Notes under the pieces: model-generated
The model's database searches: none
Seen by the model: only the letters and a program-made list of their open reading frames with translations
What the model was told of the DNA's origin: nothing
NCBI GenBank assembly: GCA_041645495.1
Contig: JBAZPZ010000003.1
Location: forward strand, 849 to 64,848
Source: Fidelibacterota bacterium
Lineage (GTDB): Bacteria > Fidelibacterota > UBA2242
Direction of reading: 5' to 3'
Length of the DNA stretch: 64,000 bases
Position numbers and translations under genes: made by a program
In this document: in pieces, positions 26,353 to 36,993 of the stretch
Layout of the letters: every line of letters starts with the position of its first letter
Numbering within the stretch: position 1 is the first letter of the stretch

Positions 26353-27492
26353 TTATCCGGTGATCGAAAATCTCAACGTCGCCACGATTTCTCCCCAGGA
26401 ATCCATCGGACTTTTAACATATTGCACATTGACGCCCTGAGATAAGGCGATATGTAGTAACTGCTCCACGATGTCGTTGGTTCGTTCCAGCGGACTGCCG
26501 TCCATCGGACATTTTTCGACGACATCCAGACCCAGATAATTGTCATTCCGGCAAAAAACGCCTTTATGCACGAAGTTTTCTTGAATGATAAGCGCATCGA
26601 CCCAGTTTTCTACGATTTTGGAAAGAACCGCCTGAATTCCTTCGACCGCCTGATTCTTTTGCTTTTTCGCGACAAAATCCTCCAGCAGTTTTTTCTCGTA
26701 TTCTTCGCGCGCTTCTTTTTCCGTCTGTTGCGCTTTCATGAGGACTTCATTCAGCGGCGCCGTCGATTCGACCTCTATGACGCCTGCAATTTTCGCGGCA
26801 ACGTAACCGTGTAAATATTTCCGAAACTCGTTGATCGCTTCGCGTCTTCCACCCAGAATAATCCAGTCGAAATCCTTCTTTTGATTCAAATCGAAAACCT
26901 GTTGGGCGATCTGTTTGTAATGCTGAAGCACCGTTTGCTGGATGTTTCGCTCGGCCTTCCGTTCCAGATTTCCCTGAAAACCGGCACCGCGAACCGGCTC
27001 GGGCGCGGCGTTTTCGATTGCGAATTGCTCGGTAAATTCTCCGATTTGAGATTCAAATATTTTTGCCTTGGTTCGGTCGATCAAGACCAGTGCATAGTTC
27101 CGGTGAATACTAAAAAAATGTGAGAGCGGACGAATGTACGGCTTAGGTTGAATGACTAATTCATTCGCCAGCGGGCGCTTCAAATTCAATGTCTTCCAGA
27201 GCCCGGAGCCCGACGATGCGAAGCAGATCGAACTGAGCGCCTTCGTGGTGTCGAGTTCCTCGTTAAACCAGTTCAAAATGCGATCGAAATCAGCCAGCAC
27301 GGAACTCTGTTCGTTCTCGGATAGCTGTTTAAAATAGGTCGTGCTTTTTTTATACTTGATCATCTTTTTGAGTTCGACGATATGACTCTTCCGGTTACCC
27401 GTCGAAATCCCAAGGGTCAGGTAAGCGCTGGTAACTGGATATTCTCTCTTTTCGTCTCGGATCAATTCTTTTACGAGTTGTTCTCTGATCAT
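26353..27492 (-). CDS. Hypothetical protein, possibly eRF1/Pelota-like (baeRF-type) fold
   Basis: 379 aa. A central block NYALVLIDRTKAKIFESQIGEF resembles the start of eRF1/Pelota domain 2. No GGQ motif is present. Weak assignment. Confidence 0.35.
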   Translation of the reverse strand: MIREQLVKELIRDEKREYPVTSAYLTLGISTGNRKSHIVELKKMIKYKKSTTYFKQLSENEQSSVLADFDRILNWFNEELDTTKALSSICFASSGSGLWKTLNLKRPLANELVIQPKPYIRPLSHFFSIHRNYALVLIDRTKAKIFESQIGEFTEQFAIENAAPEPVRGAGFQGNLERKAERNIQQTVLQHYKQIAQQVFDLNQKKDFDWIILGGRREAINEFRKYLHGYVAAKIAGVIEVESTAPLNEVLMKAQQTEKEAREEYEKKLLEDFVAKKQKNQAVEGIQAVLSKIVENWVDALIIQENFVHKGVFCRNDNYLGLDVVEKCPMDGSPLERTNDIVEQLLHIALSQGVNVQYVKSPMDSWGEIVATLRFSITG

Positions 27493-27747
27493 GATGACTC
27501 CCGTGGTTTATGGTTCAAGTATTTGGATAATAAAATGCGTTCCGTGGCCGAATTTCTGCGTTATTATGTGAATGGCCAAAGGAGAAGCGGATCTCAATTG
27601 GCGGATTCCCGACGCTGTGCAATTCGGTCTCTTCTTCATTTCGTATCCACAGTGATATTAATAATGAAATTTTCAGACATTATCAACAACAAAATTGATA
27701 ATCTGTTTTTAAATGTCCGAGCCTCTTAAAAAGGTCCCGATAATCCC

Positions 27748-28998
27748 TTAGGCTTTTGCTTCCATATCGATTTCGTCGAGCCAGGTGACCGGTTTCGACG
27801 ATTTGGCAATCAATTCATACGGATCGTTGCACTTTTCTCCGTCCGCTTCCAGCACGCAACACTTCGCGGTCTTGCCGGTCTCCAGGCTACCGACCTCTTT
27901 ATGAAATCCAATGGCGTAAGCGCCGTTCAGTGTGGCGCATTTGATGGCGGTTTCCGGTGATAATCCGAGTTCTTCGACACAGAAAGCGATCTCTTTTCTA
28001 ATGTCGAGATCGGATACAACGGACAAACCTTCGGTTCCGAGACAAACGTTGACGCCTTTTTCCTGAAACATCAGAACGGGAGGACGTCCCAGGTTCAAAT
28101 CGCGGCTCATTCGCGGGCAGATACAAATATTGACTTTGGCAGGGAATGTTTTCAGAGCCTCGATGTCGGCTTCATCGGCATAATTCATGTGGACGAGAAT
28201 GTTGTGTTTGGCATAAAAATGGTAATTGAAAAAATACTTCAGCGCGTTCATGCCGGGCGCTTGCCAACCGTAGTCGAAGTCTTCGATCGAGAGAAGGAAC
28301 TGTTTGATCTTACCGGAACCGCCAAGAATGAACGCGTTTTCATCTTCCGTCATGTTCATATGAACGGCGATGTGCCGCTCGCAGATGCCGATCTCTTTAA
28401 GAAGATTTTGCGACAACGCCCAAGGCGATGATGGCGCCAGATGTTTCGTAACGCGTTTGTTGACGACTCCTTCTTTGATCAGATTCTGGTATTTCCGAAA
28501 AATCGACATAGCATCAGCGTCCTTGAAGCCGGTGATTTCATAAAAGATTCGCGCGAAAAGCGGACTGGCGAGCAACGGTTCGAATGACGCACCATCCGTT
28601 GAAAAATCAGCTAACGCGATGGTCCCGAATCGGTGGCTGGCTTCGATATTTTGCTTCGCCGTTTCAATCTTCGCGGCCGATTCCGCATCCCGGTTAAAGT
28701 CTCTGATGTATCGCAGGTAGGAATAATAATCGGTCGGTTTCGTCGGTTGACTTACATGTTCCAAATGCGTGTGGACATTTACAAATCCGGGAAAAATCAC
28801 CGCATTCCCCAGATCGATCGTCTCCGACGCTTCCCGCCGGATGTTTTCGACCTGATCGACTTCGAGTATCTTATCCTGATTGATGATGATAATGCCGTCT
28901 TGGATGGGCGGACGGGAAATCGGCACGATCCAGCGTGCCCGGAACGCACGAGTTAGTCCGTTTTCTTTCGATTCCGTCAACTGATTATTTTCTTCCAT
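27748..28998 (-). CDS. Amidohydrolase-family metal-dependent hydrolase (nucleoside/aminofutalosine deaminase-like)
   Basis: 416 aa with the metal-binding VNVHTHLEH motif and later His/Asp ligands. Substrate is unknown. Confidence 0.6.
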   Translation of the reverse strand: MEENNQLTESKENGLTRAFRARWIVPISRPPIQDGIIIINQDKILEVDQVENIRREASETIDLGNAVIFPGFVNVHTHLEHVSQPTKPTDYYSYLRYIRDFNRDAESAAKIETAKQNIEASHRFGTIALADFSTDGASFEPLLASPLFARIFYEITGFKDADAMSIFRKYQNLIKEGVVNKRVTKHLAPSSPWALSQNLLKEIGICERHIAVHMNMTEDENAFILGGSGKIKQFLLSIEDFDYGWQAPGMNALKYFFNYHFYAKHNILVHMNYADEADIEALKTFPAKVNICICPRMSRDLNLGRPPVLMFQEKGVNVCLGTEGLSVVSDLDIRKEIAFCVEELGLSPETAIKCATLNGAYAIGFHKEVGSLETGKTAKCCVLEADGEKCNDPYELIAKSSKPVTWLDEIDMEAKA

Positions 28999-29194
28999 TC
29001 TTCCTCGGTTTTCCAGATTTATTCAACTTTCACCGACGGAATTTAACAGCCTCGCTATGTAAAAACAACACGAATGACTTGGTATTGTCCGGTATTTTCT
29101 TTAAGATCTGGCGTTTCTTTATAACGCTTGAACGACAGAATTCGGCTACAAAACGGGCAATTCAACCCGATCGAAGAAAACTCCAGAAGAAATA

Positions 29195-30145
29195 ATGATA
29201 CGATTCGACAGGAAATTTTATTTACGAAAACGCCTCTGGCTCTATGGCGCGATGCTCGTCATGGCCGCAATTTTCGTCCGGGCGTCCTTCGACTTCGTTC
29301 AATATCGAGTCTCTATAAACCGGCTGAGTAACTATGAAAATTTGATCACGGATTTGGAAAACAGCGGATTCGATCGAGTGGATCTGATCCCGATTTTTAC
29401 CGACCCGCGCGTCGAATTCTATCCGGAAATCTCGACCAAGGAATTTACGCCGCCGGAATTAGACGACACATCCGATTTCATCCAGTCAAAGATGCACCGC
29501 TACGATACACAGCGGTTTTTAGAAAAGTACAAGCGGTATCTCGAACTTGCCGAAAAACAATTTCAGGTTGAAAAAGAAGCCATCGTCGCCGTTCTGATAA
29601 TCGAAACCAAACTTGGAAACGACATCGGCAAATATTCCGTCTTCAATGTTCTGAGCTCGATGTCACTGGCAGACAATAAAAAATCGCAGTATGCCATCGT
29701 CAAATTCGTTGAAAAAAATTATCACCGTTTATCGGAGAATCAGCGAAAACAGATGGTCGAACGTCTTCAGCGACGCGCCCGATCCCGTTCGATTTGGGCA
29801 AAGACCGAACTGGCGACTCTCATCCGGTTTCATCTGGAAAAAGACCTTGACATCCTCAATTTGCCCGGTTCGCATGCCGGCGCTTTCGGTTACCCGCAGT
29901 TTCTGCCGTCCAGCGCAAAATTGTACGGCATCGATGCAAATCACGATGGTACCATCGATATGTACAATTTTCCGGACGCCATTATGAGCATTGCAAATTT
30001 TTTACACAAAAAGGGTTGGGACAAGGATCAGCAAAATCAAAAAGACGCGCTCCGTTCTTACAACAACAACCATCAATACGTCAATCACGTCATTTCCATC
30101 GCAAACTCCATCAAGACCACTTCCGGAACAGGATCCGATTACTAA
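29195..30145 (+). CDS. Lytic murein transglycosylase, MltB-like
   Basis: 316 aa with an N-terminal TM/signal and the MltB-type block AGAFGYPQFLPSSAKLYGIDANHDGTIDMYNFPDAIMSIANFLHKKGW. Confidence 0.65.
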   Translation: MIRFDRKFYLRKRLWLYGAMLVMAAIFVRASFDFVQYRVSINRLSNYENLITDLENSGFDRVDLIPIFTDPRVEFYPEISTKEFTPPELDDTSDFIQSKMHRYDTQRFLEKYKRYLELAEKQFQVEKEAIVAVLIIETKLGNDIGKYSVFNVLSSMSLADNKKSQYAIVKFVEKNYHRLSENQRKQMVERLQRRARSRSIWAKTELATLIRFHLEKDLDILNLPGSHAGAFGYPQFLPSSAKLYGIDANHDGTIDMYNFPDAIMSIANFLHKKGWDKDQQNQKDALRSYNNNHQYVNHVISIANSIKTTSGTGSDY

Positions 30146-30172
30146 AATGGAATTTTCCGAAACTACAGACAG

Positions 30173-31498
30173 TTACGGATGCTGAATGACCGGCGAATCG
30201 CCTTTGAGCATCTCTTCCTCTTTCCAGAGATCGTTTAGCGATTCATTGAGATAATCCGAGTAAGTTTCTTTCGCCTTTACAACGTTGCCCATACCGGCGT
30301 ACGCTTTCGCCAGAACCAGCCGATACCGCCGTATTTCCGGGTTGAGTTCGACCGCTTTAAGGAGGTAACCGACAGCCTTTTCATATTCCTTTTTCTCGTA
30401 TAACAACTTTCCGTGGTAATAAAACGAGTGCGGTTTGTCGGGCGACAATTCGATCTCTCTCAGAGAATAAGCGAGCGCTTTGTCGAGGTTGCCCTGTTTT
30501 CTGGCAATTTCTGAAAGCAAGTACAACGCATCGACCGAATTCGGATCGATCTGCAGAACCGATCGGCAATAAAATCCGGCTTTTTTCGAATCGTTCAGAT
30601 TGAAGTGGTTCAGACGCGCGAGCATCAGCAGGTTGGGAATTGTGTAATCCTTGTTCAGCGCTTTCCGGTAATGAAGTTCCGCATTCCGAAAATTTCCCTG
30701 CTTGTATTCGAGAAATCCCCACGCTTCATAAGTATGGGCCGATCGCGGTGAAATGTCCGATAATTTTTCGCAGACCTTCGCCGCGTCGAGAAAGTAGCCG
30801 TTATTGGTCAAAATATAGACGAGCAATTTGAGGTGAAACGGGTCTTCTGCCAATCGGCTCGCTTTTTGGGCGACCACAACGGCTTCCGCGTTTCGTTCCA
30901 TTTCCATCAGATAAGTTGCATAAAAGACTGCGGCGTTCGGCCGGTCGGGAAATTTGGCCGCGAGATCGCTCAGTTTTTCTACACATTTTTCCGGGCATTT
31001 GAATTGCTTGGCGGATTCGACGAGCAGATACAGCGCTTCATCCGTTCGTGTGCGCTTGTAAAGGATGGTCGCAACTTGTGCGACGAGATCCCAACTTCTG
31101 AACTCGTTTCGGGCAAAAGCAGAAAAGTCGTTCAGAAACGCTTCGCTGGAATCGTTGAGAGACAAGGCGCGAAGATATTCTTTCTTCGCCGTCCGAACAT
31201 CTTTTTGTTGGGCTAACGTCCACGCAAGCCCCCAGACTGCATAGAAGTTTTCCTCTTTTTTCAGGATTTCAGCATACTCAGTTCCCGCGCTCTTCAAATT
31301 GCCCAATTCGACCGCTTTTTCCGCTTTTCGGTAGGCGGACGCAAAGCTCTTGGGAATCTCCTTCTTGATCTGTTTGTACCGAAGTCCGTCGGGCAACCGT
31401 GGCTTTTCGCCTGCAAATCCGACCGTTGCGCAAAGAAGAAGAATCGGTAAAATTTTCATACATATTTTCATCGGCTGGGAATATGTAAAATTCGTCAC
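30173..31498 (-). CDS. TPR-repeat protein with signal peptide
   Basis: 441 aa with multiple TPR repeats. The likely true start is MKICMKILPILLLCATVG at 31471. Confidence 0.6.
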   Translation of the reverse strand: MTNFTYSQPMKICMKILPILLLCATVGFAGEKPRLPDGLRYKQIKKEIPKSFASAYRKAEKAVELGNLKSAGTEYAEILKKEENFYAVWGLAWTLAQQKDVRTAKKEYLRALSLNDSSEAFLNDFSAFARNEFRSWDLVAQVATILYKRTRTDEALYLLVESAKQFKCPEKCVEKLSDLAAKFPDRPNAAVFYATYLMEMERNAEAVVVAQKASRLAEDPFHLKLLVYILTNNGYFLDAAKVCEKLSDISPRSAHTYEAWGFLEYKQGNFRNAELHYRKALNKDYTIPNLLMLARLNHFNLNDSKKAGFYCRSVLQIDPNSVDALYLLSEIARKQGNLDKALAYSLREIELSPDKPHSFYYHGKLLYEKKEYEKAVGYLLKAVELNPEIRRYRLVLAKAYAGMGNVVKAKETYSDYLNESLNDLWKEEEMLKGDSPVIQHP

Positions 31499-31821
31499 GA
31501 ATTTTCAAGGGAATATTCGTTGTGATGAAAAAAAATCCCTATTGTTTCCGCACCGAACCGGCCGTTTATGCTTTGGAATCGCCGTCTTTGCCTCTTAGAT
31601 TAAACGGCGAGATGAAGTGCCGGATTATCGAAATCAGAAAAACAGACGAGACAGGTTCGTTACCAATCGAGAATAAGGAGCGGCTCGCTTGTTCGTACTC
31701 AGATATGCTTTTGAAAATGGAGAACGCTTGATTAATTTTTTATCAACGATGAAAGTGAAAAACACCCATTTGAATGTAAACGACTCACTTCCCACTTTTA
31801 CCAACAAACTGAGGAGCGACG

Positions 31822-32796
31822 ATGAAGTTGATCAATGATCTTTTAAAACCATTTCCACGAGAAAAAGTGTCCGTTCTTCCGACGCCTTTTTACCGAATGG
31901 ACGACATTTCCGATCTGCTGGAATGCAACGTTTACGTCAAACGCGACGATCTGACCGGATTCGCATTCGGAGGAAACAAGACGCGGAAATTCGATTTCCT
32001 CGTCGGAGACGCTTTGGCAAAAGGATGCAATACGATCGTCGGAATCGGCGCAAATCAATCCAATTTTTGCCGGATTCTATCGGGCGTGGGTGCTAAGTAC
32101 GGCCTGAGTGTTCATCTGGTTCTGAGCGGAGCCAAGCCCAAAACGCCGACGGGAAATTTGCTGATCGACCATATTTTCGGAGCCGTCGTTCATCATGTCG
32201 ATACCGCCGATCCGATCGAGCGAATGGAGGAAGCGCTTCAGGTTAAAAATCAACTGGAATATCAGGGGAAAAAAGTCTATTTCCTGCCGCCCGGTGGCTC
32301 CATTCCACGCGGCGCGCTCGGCTATGTACTCGGCTGGGGCGAGTTGATGGACGATTTCGAAGCGCATCATCTGGAAGTCAGCACGATCATCCACGCATCT
32401 TCATCGGCGGGAACTCAGGCGGGATTGGTCGTCGGGCAGGCGATCACCGACTGGCCGGGCCAGATCATCGGAATCAGCGTGGACGTTCCCCGGCAAGCAC
32501 TGGAAAAGGATGTCTTTACATTGGCGCAGGCGACCGGTAACCTTGTCAACATCAACGTCGATAGAGAACTGGTTCACGTCGATGACTCGTACATCGGGAA
32601 AGGGTACGGAATCCGAACCGCCGAATGTGAAGAAGCGATGACGATTTTTTCCCGCCGGGAAGGAATTTTTCTCGATTATGTCTATACCGGAAAAGCCGCG
32701 GCAGGCTTGCTTGATTACGGGAATACCGGTAAATTTGCGCCCGATGAAAATGTCGTTTTCCTCCACACCGGTGGAAATATCGAACTGTTTGAATAA
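31822..32796 (+). CDS. PLP-dependent ACC deaminase / D-cysteine desulfhydrase family protein
   Basis: 324 aa with the fold-type II PLP lysine block (FAFGGNKTRK) typical of this family. Confidence 0.7.
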   Translation: MKLINDLLKPFPREKVSVLPTPFYRMDDISDLLECNVYVKRDDLTGFAFGGNKTRKFDFLVGDALAKGCNTIVGIGANQSNFCRILSGVGAKYGLSVHLVLSGAKPKTPTGNLLIDHIFGAVVHHVDTADPIERMEEALQVKNQLEYQGKKVYFLPPGGSIPRGALGYVLGWGELMDDFEAHHLEVSTIIHASSSAGTQAGLVVGQAITDWPGQIIGISVDVPRQALEKDVFTLAQATGNLVNINVDRELVHVDDSYIGKGYGIRTAECEEAMTIFSRREGIFLDYVYTGKAAAGLLDYGNTGKFAPDENVVFLHTGGNIELFE

Positions 32797-32839
32797 AATC
32801 GATTTTGTCAGAAACGTAGAAGCATAAAAAACCAGATCG

Positions 32840-33421
32840 ATGGAAAGCCAATTTTTAAATTCGTCTCTTTTTTCATGGGTCATCATGCCTCTGCTCATCT
32901 TTTGTGCGCGGATCATGGATGTCTCGATCGGAACCATTCGCATCATTTTTATATCGAAAGGCAGTAAAGTCCTCGCCTCCTTTCTGGGCTTTTTCGAAGT
33001 TTCGATCTGGTTGCTCGCTATTTCGGAGGTGATGAAACATATCTCCGATCCCGCTTGCTTTTTCGCCTACGGACTCGGGTTCGGTTCGGGAAATTACATT
33101 GGCATTACGCTGGAGGAAAAAATGGCGCTCGGTCTTCAAGCGGTACGAATCGTCACGCACGACACCATCGATGTCCTGACGATGGCGCTTCGTGATGCCG
33201 GATATGGCGCAACCGTGATGAAAGCGAACGGCGCGAAGGGCGAAGTCAACATCATTCTCAGTATCGTGCCCAGAAAGAAAGTACGCGAGGTTCTGGATCT
33301 GGCGCGCGGCATCGATCCGAACGTCTTCGTTTCCGTGCAGGATATCCGGTCGGTTAATTCCGGCTGGATTCCCGGAAGAAACTCGCTTTCCCGGTGGAAA
33401 TTCTGGGCAAAGAACAAATAA
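32840..33421 (+). CDS. UPF0316 / DUF2179-family membrane protein
   Basis: 193 aa. N-terminal TM helices (RIMDVSIGTIRIIF, GFFEVSIWLLAI) and a C-terminal DUF2179-like soluble domain. Confidence 0.5.
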   Translation: MESQFLNSSLFSWVIMPLLIFCARIMDVSIGTIRIIFISKGSKVLASFLGFFEVSIWLLAISEVMKHISDPACFFAYGLGFGSGNYIGITLEEKMALGLQAVRIVTHDTIDVLTMALRDAGYGATVMKANGAKGEVNIILSIVPRKKVREVLDLARGIDPNVFVSVQDIRSVNSGWIPGRNSLSRWKFWAKNK

Positions 33422-33439
33422 GGAATTATTCAAAAACCG

Positions 33440-33961
33440 ATGAAACCAAAAAATAAACTTGCCTATGTCTATCCGGTTTTCGGCGGGATCGGATTATTGG
33501 TGATCGATTTTATCGTCAAAAGCATCGCCAATCGACTGCTCCCTTTTCAGACTCGCGTCGAAACATGGATTCCTTTTCTTGATTTTTTCAGAACTTACAA
33601 CACCGGCTATCACTTCATATTCGGGGAAATCGGAAACCAGCGACTCTGGGCGTACAGCGGCATCGTTCTGGTCATTTTACTGATCTTCACGCTTTACCGT
33701 TCGCTTATCAAAGAGACACACGACCGGAGCGGTTTCGTAATCTTTTCGATCATTTTAAGTCTCACGATCGGAGCCACCGGAAATGTTCTGGAGATCCTTT
33801 TCTTTCATCACGCGACGGATTTCTTTATCTTTGACCCGTTCAAGTGGCCGAGCAATCTCTGCGATCAATACATCAACGCGATCATCTTCATCATGTTGCC
33901 GATCATTTTCATCAAATCCTTTCGGGATAAAAAACGGAGAATTCCCGCTTCGACTGAATAA
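33440..33961 (+). CDS. lspA: Lipoprotein signal peptidase (signal peptidase II)
   Basis: 173 aa with four TM segments, the conserved NTG block (FRTYNTGYHF), and the Asp-containing block ATDFFIFDPFKWPSNLCDQYIN. Confidence 0.6.
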   Translation: MKPKNKLAYVYPVFGGIGLLVIDFIVKSIANRLLPFQTRVETWIPFLDFFRTYNTGYHFIFGEIGNQRLWAYSGIVLVILLIFTLYRSLIKETHDRSGFVIFSIILSLTIGATGNVLEILFFHHATDFFIFDPFKWPSNLCDQYINAIIFIMLPIIFIKSFRDKKRRIPASTE

Positions 33962-34042
33962 TCCGCGATCAGAAAAATAACTGAAAACGCCCGACGAAAA
34001 TTCCCGGCGGGCGTTTCTATTTTCAAACGATCGAATGACAAA

Positions 34043-34957
34043 TTATCCGAGCATGACTTTCAATACGATCGCTTTCTGAATATGCATCCGATTTTCCGCT
34101 TCGTCAAAAACGATGGAATTTTCGCTGTCGATGACCTCGTCGGTGATTTCATCGCCGCGATGCGCTGGCAGACAGTGCATGATCAGGCAGTCGGATTTAG
34201 CGTGTTTGACCAATTCCGCGTTGACCTGATACGGCATAAAATCTTTTTTCCGTTTTTCAGATTCCGCTTCCTGCCCCATGCTTGCCCACACGTCGGTATA
34301 AATCACATCGGCGTTCCGAACGGCTTCGATCGGATTTCGAGTAATCTCCACGCGGCTGATTCCTGTTTTTCTGGCATTTTCGACGATCGCCGCATTCGGA
34401 TCGTATCCGGTTGGCGACGCCAGAACGAAGTACATCGGAATTCGCGCCGATAAATTGATCCACGAATTCGCCACGTTGTTTCCGTCGCCGATGAAGGCAA
34501 CTTTCAGATTGTCCAGATTTCCGCGGTGTTCCAGAACGGTAAAAATATCCGCCATGACCTGACACGGATGATTGAGGTCGGTCAATCCGTTGATGACCGG
34601 CACGCTTGAATATTTTGCGAGTTCAAGAATATGAGCGTGATCGAATAACCGCGCCATGATGACGTCGTCGTAGCGGGAAATCACGCGCGCGATGTCTCTG
34701 ACGGCTTCGCGTTTGCCGATTCCGATGTCGTTGGGACCGAGATAGATCGCGTGACCGCCCAGTTGCGTCATTCCCGTCTCAAACGAGATGCGGGTGCGGG
34801 CGGACGGTTTGGCGAAAATCATCGCCATCGTTTTTCCTTTCAGCGGCGTATATTCGATGCCTTCCCGGACGAATTTTTTCAGTTTCGCCGCCAGCTGAAA
34901 TGTCTCGTGAATTTCATCGGTAGAAAAATCGGTGATGTATAAAAAATCCCGTTTCAT
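34043..34957 (-). CDS. argF: Ornithine carbamoyltransferase
   Basis: 304 aa with the STRTRISFE carbamoyl-phosphate motif and the HCLPAHRGDE ornithine-binding motif. Confidence 0.9.
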   Translation of the reverse strand: MKRDFLYITDFSTDEIHETFQLAAKLKKFVREGIEYTPLKGKTMAMIFAKPSARTRISFETGMTQLGGHAIYLGPNDIGIGKREAVRDIARVISRYDDVIMARLFDHAHILELAKYSSVPVINGLTDLNHPCQVMADIFTVLEHRGNLDNLKVAFIGDGNNVANSWINLSARIPMYFVLASPTGYDPNAAIVENARKTGISRVEITRNPIEAVRNADVIYTDVWASMGQEAESEKRKKDFMPYQVNAELVKHAKSDCLIMHCLPAHRGDEITDEVIDSENSIVFDEAENRMHIQKAIVLKVMLG

Positions 34958-35010
34958 TGAGTTCTCCCTGTATTGATATTTTCCAAATGAATCGATCTGT
35001 CAGTAAACGA

Positions 35011-36369
35011 TTAAAGGATGTACCGGCTCAAATCCCGATCTTTGACGATGTCCGCAAGCCGGGAAATCACCATGTCGCGCGTGATGCGCACTTCGCGGAT
35101 GTTGTCGTCGGGAACGTTGAATAAAATGTCCTCCAACAGCATCGTGAGAATCGTATGCAGACGTCTGGCGCCGATATTTTCCATTTTTTCATTCACTTCA
35201 GCGGCGATCTGAGCGATCTCTTCAACCGCATCGTCCTCGAAAATCAGATTAACCTTTTCTGTTTCGAGCAATGCCGAATACTGTTTCAGCAGGGCGTTCC
35301 GCGGATTTTTCAATATCTGAACGAACTCATCCTTGCCGAGACTGTCCATTTCCACGCGGATCGGAAATCTGCCCTGAAGTTCCGGAATCAGGTCGCTGGG
35401 TTTCGTCATGTGAAAAGCGCCGGCTGAAATGAACAGCACATGGTCGGTATTAACAACGCCGAACTTCGTCTGGACACTGGAGCCTTCGACAATTGGTAAA
35501 ATATCGCGCTGAACGCCTTCGCGCGAAATGTCCGGTCCGTGCGACGACTCGCCGCTTTTCGACGCGATTTTGTCAATTTCATCCAGGAAAACGATGCCGG
35601 TTTCCTCGACGCGCCGGATCGCTTCCTTAACGACAAAATCCATATCGATCAGCTTCTGCGCCTCTTCCTGCGAGAAGATGTTGCGCGATTCCGCGACGGT
35701 CGCTTTCTGGAGTTTTTTCTTCTGCGGAAAAGCGCTTCCCAGCATTTCCGTCAAGTTGACGCCCATTTCTTCCAATCCGGCCGGACCGAAAACCTGCATC
35801 ATCGGCATCGATGCCTGCGAGACGGAGATTTCGATGACGCGATTTTCCATCGAGCCGTTTTCCAGCATTTCCCGGAATTTTTCCCGTGTTCGTGAAAATT
35901 GATCGTCTTTCTCAAAAGTCTCATCAATGATCGCATGCGCTTTCTTCTGCGGCGGTAATAAAATATCCAGAATCCGTTCGTTCGCCATGCGATGCGCTTG
36001 TTCGTCGACCTCCACCATCCGTTCCGCTTTGACCAAATTGACCGATATGCCTGTCAAATCACGGATTATGGATTCGACATCCCGACCGACATAGCCGACT
36101 TCGGTGAATTTCGACGCTTCAACTTTGATGAATGGCGCATTCGACAGATTCGAAAGACGCCGGGCAATTTCCGTTTTTCCGACGCCGGTTGGCCCGATCA
36201 AAATGATGTTGTTTGGTAGAATATCCTCTTTGATCGGCCCTTTCACCCGCTGACGACGCCACCGATTTCTTAAAGCGATGGCGACCGCTTTTTTAGCCTT
36301 CGCCTGACCGATGATGTAGGCGTCGAGTTCCTGAACGATTTCCCGCGGAGTCAATTCTTTTTTTCTCAT
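35011..36369 (-). CDS. hslU: ATP-dependent protease ATPase subunit HslU
   Basis: 452 aa AAA+ protein ([36 protein letters not shown]) with an I-domain. hslV is upstream. Confidence 0.9.
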   Translation of the reverse strand: MRKKELTPREIVQELDAYIIGQAKAKKAVAIALRNRWRRQRVKGPIKEDILPNNIILIGPTGVGKTEIARRLSNLSNAPFIKVEASKFTEVGYVGRDVESIIRDLTGISVNLVKAERMVEVDEQAHRMANERILDILLPPQKKAHAIIDETFEKDDQFSRTREKFREMLENGSMENRVIEISVSQASMPMMQVFGPAGLEEMGVNLTEMLGSAFPQKKKLQKATVAESRNIFSQEEAQKLIDMDFVVKEAIRRVEETGIVFLDEIDKIASKSGESSHGPDISREGVQRDILPIVEGSSVQTKFGVVNTDHVLFISAGAFHMTKPSDLIPELQGRFPIRVEMDSLGKDEFVQILKNPRNALLKQYSALLETEKVNLIFEDDAVEEIAQIAAEVNEKMENIGARRLHTILTMLLEDILFNVPDDNIREVRITRDMVISRLADIVKDRDLSRYIL

Positions 36370-36935
36370 AAATCGATGACCGTAAAACAGTTGTTCGTGT
36401 AAATGCAGATTTCGGAAGCGACCCGGAGCGATTCTTCGACGATTTCGTGCGCCGAAAGGTCGCTGTGTTTCATCAGAGCGCGTGCGGCGGCCGTCGCAAA
36501 TGCCCCGCCGCTCCCGATGGCGATGATGTCGTCGTCCGGCTCGATCACATCGCCCGTGCCGGAAATGATGAGAAGCGTTTCCTTGCTCATTACCGTCAGG
36601 AGCGCCTCCAGTTGACGCAAATATTTATCCGTCCGCCATAACTTGGCCAATTCGACGGCAGATCGGTTCAGATTACCTTTATATTTTTCGAGCATCGGCT
36701 CGAATTTTTCAAACAACGTAAACGCATCGGCTGAAGCGCCGGCAAAACCAACCAGAATCGTGTCGTTGTACATTTTCCGCACTTTTTTCGTGTGGTGCTT
36801 CATGATCGTTTGGCCGATAGTCACCTGACCATCGCTACCCATGGAAATCAAACCGTTCCGACGCACGCCGATCACCGTCGTCGAACGGATTTCCTCGCGG
36901 TGTACAAATTCCTGTTTTTCCATTTTGCCTTCCAA
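36366..36935 (-). CDS. hslV: ATP-dependent protease subunit HslV
   Basis: 189 aa. [10 protein letters not shown] with catalytic Thr after a short N-terminal extension. The stop overlaps the hslU start. Confidence 0.85.
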   Translation of the reverse strand: MEGKMEKQEFVHREEIRSTTVIGVRRNGLISMGSDGQVTIGQTIMKHHTKKVRKMYNDTILVGFAGASADAFTLFEKFEPMLEKYKGNLNRSAVELAKLWRTDKYLRQLEALLTVMSKETLLIISGTGDVIEPDDDIIAIGSGGAFATAAARALMKHSDLSAHEIVEESLRVASEICIYTNNCFTVIDL

Positions 36936-36993
36936 ATGTTCTATCAGACAGTTTATTCTTGTCGGAAATCCCGGCAGAAATGATCCGGCGTTT

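Noticed and set aside
31522-31731. 69-aa ORF upstream of the ACC-deaminase-family gene
   Set aside because: It could be a small protein or a leader, but there is no ribosome-binding site and no recognisable motif. Left unannotated.
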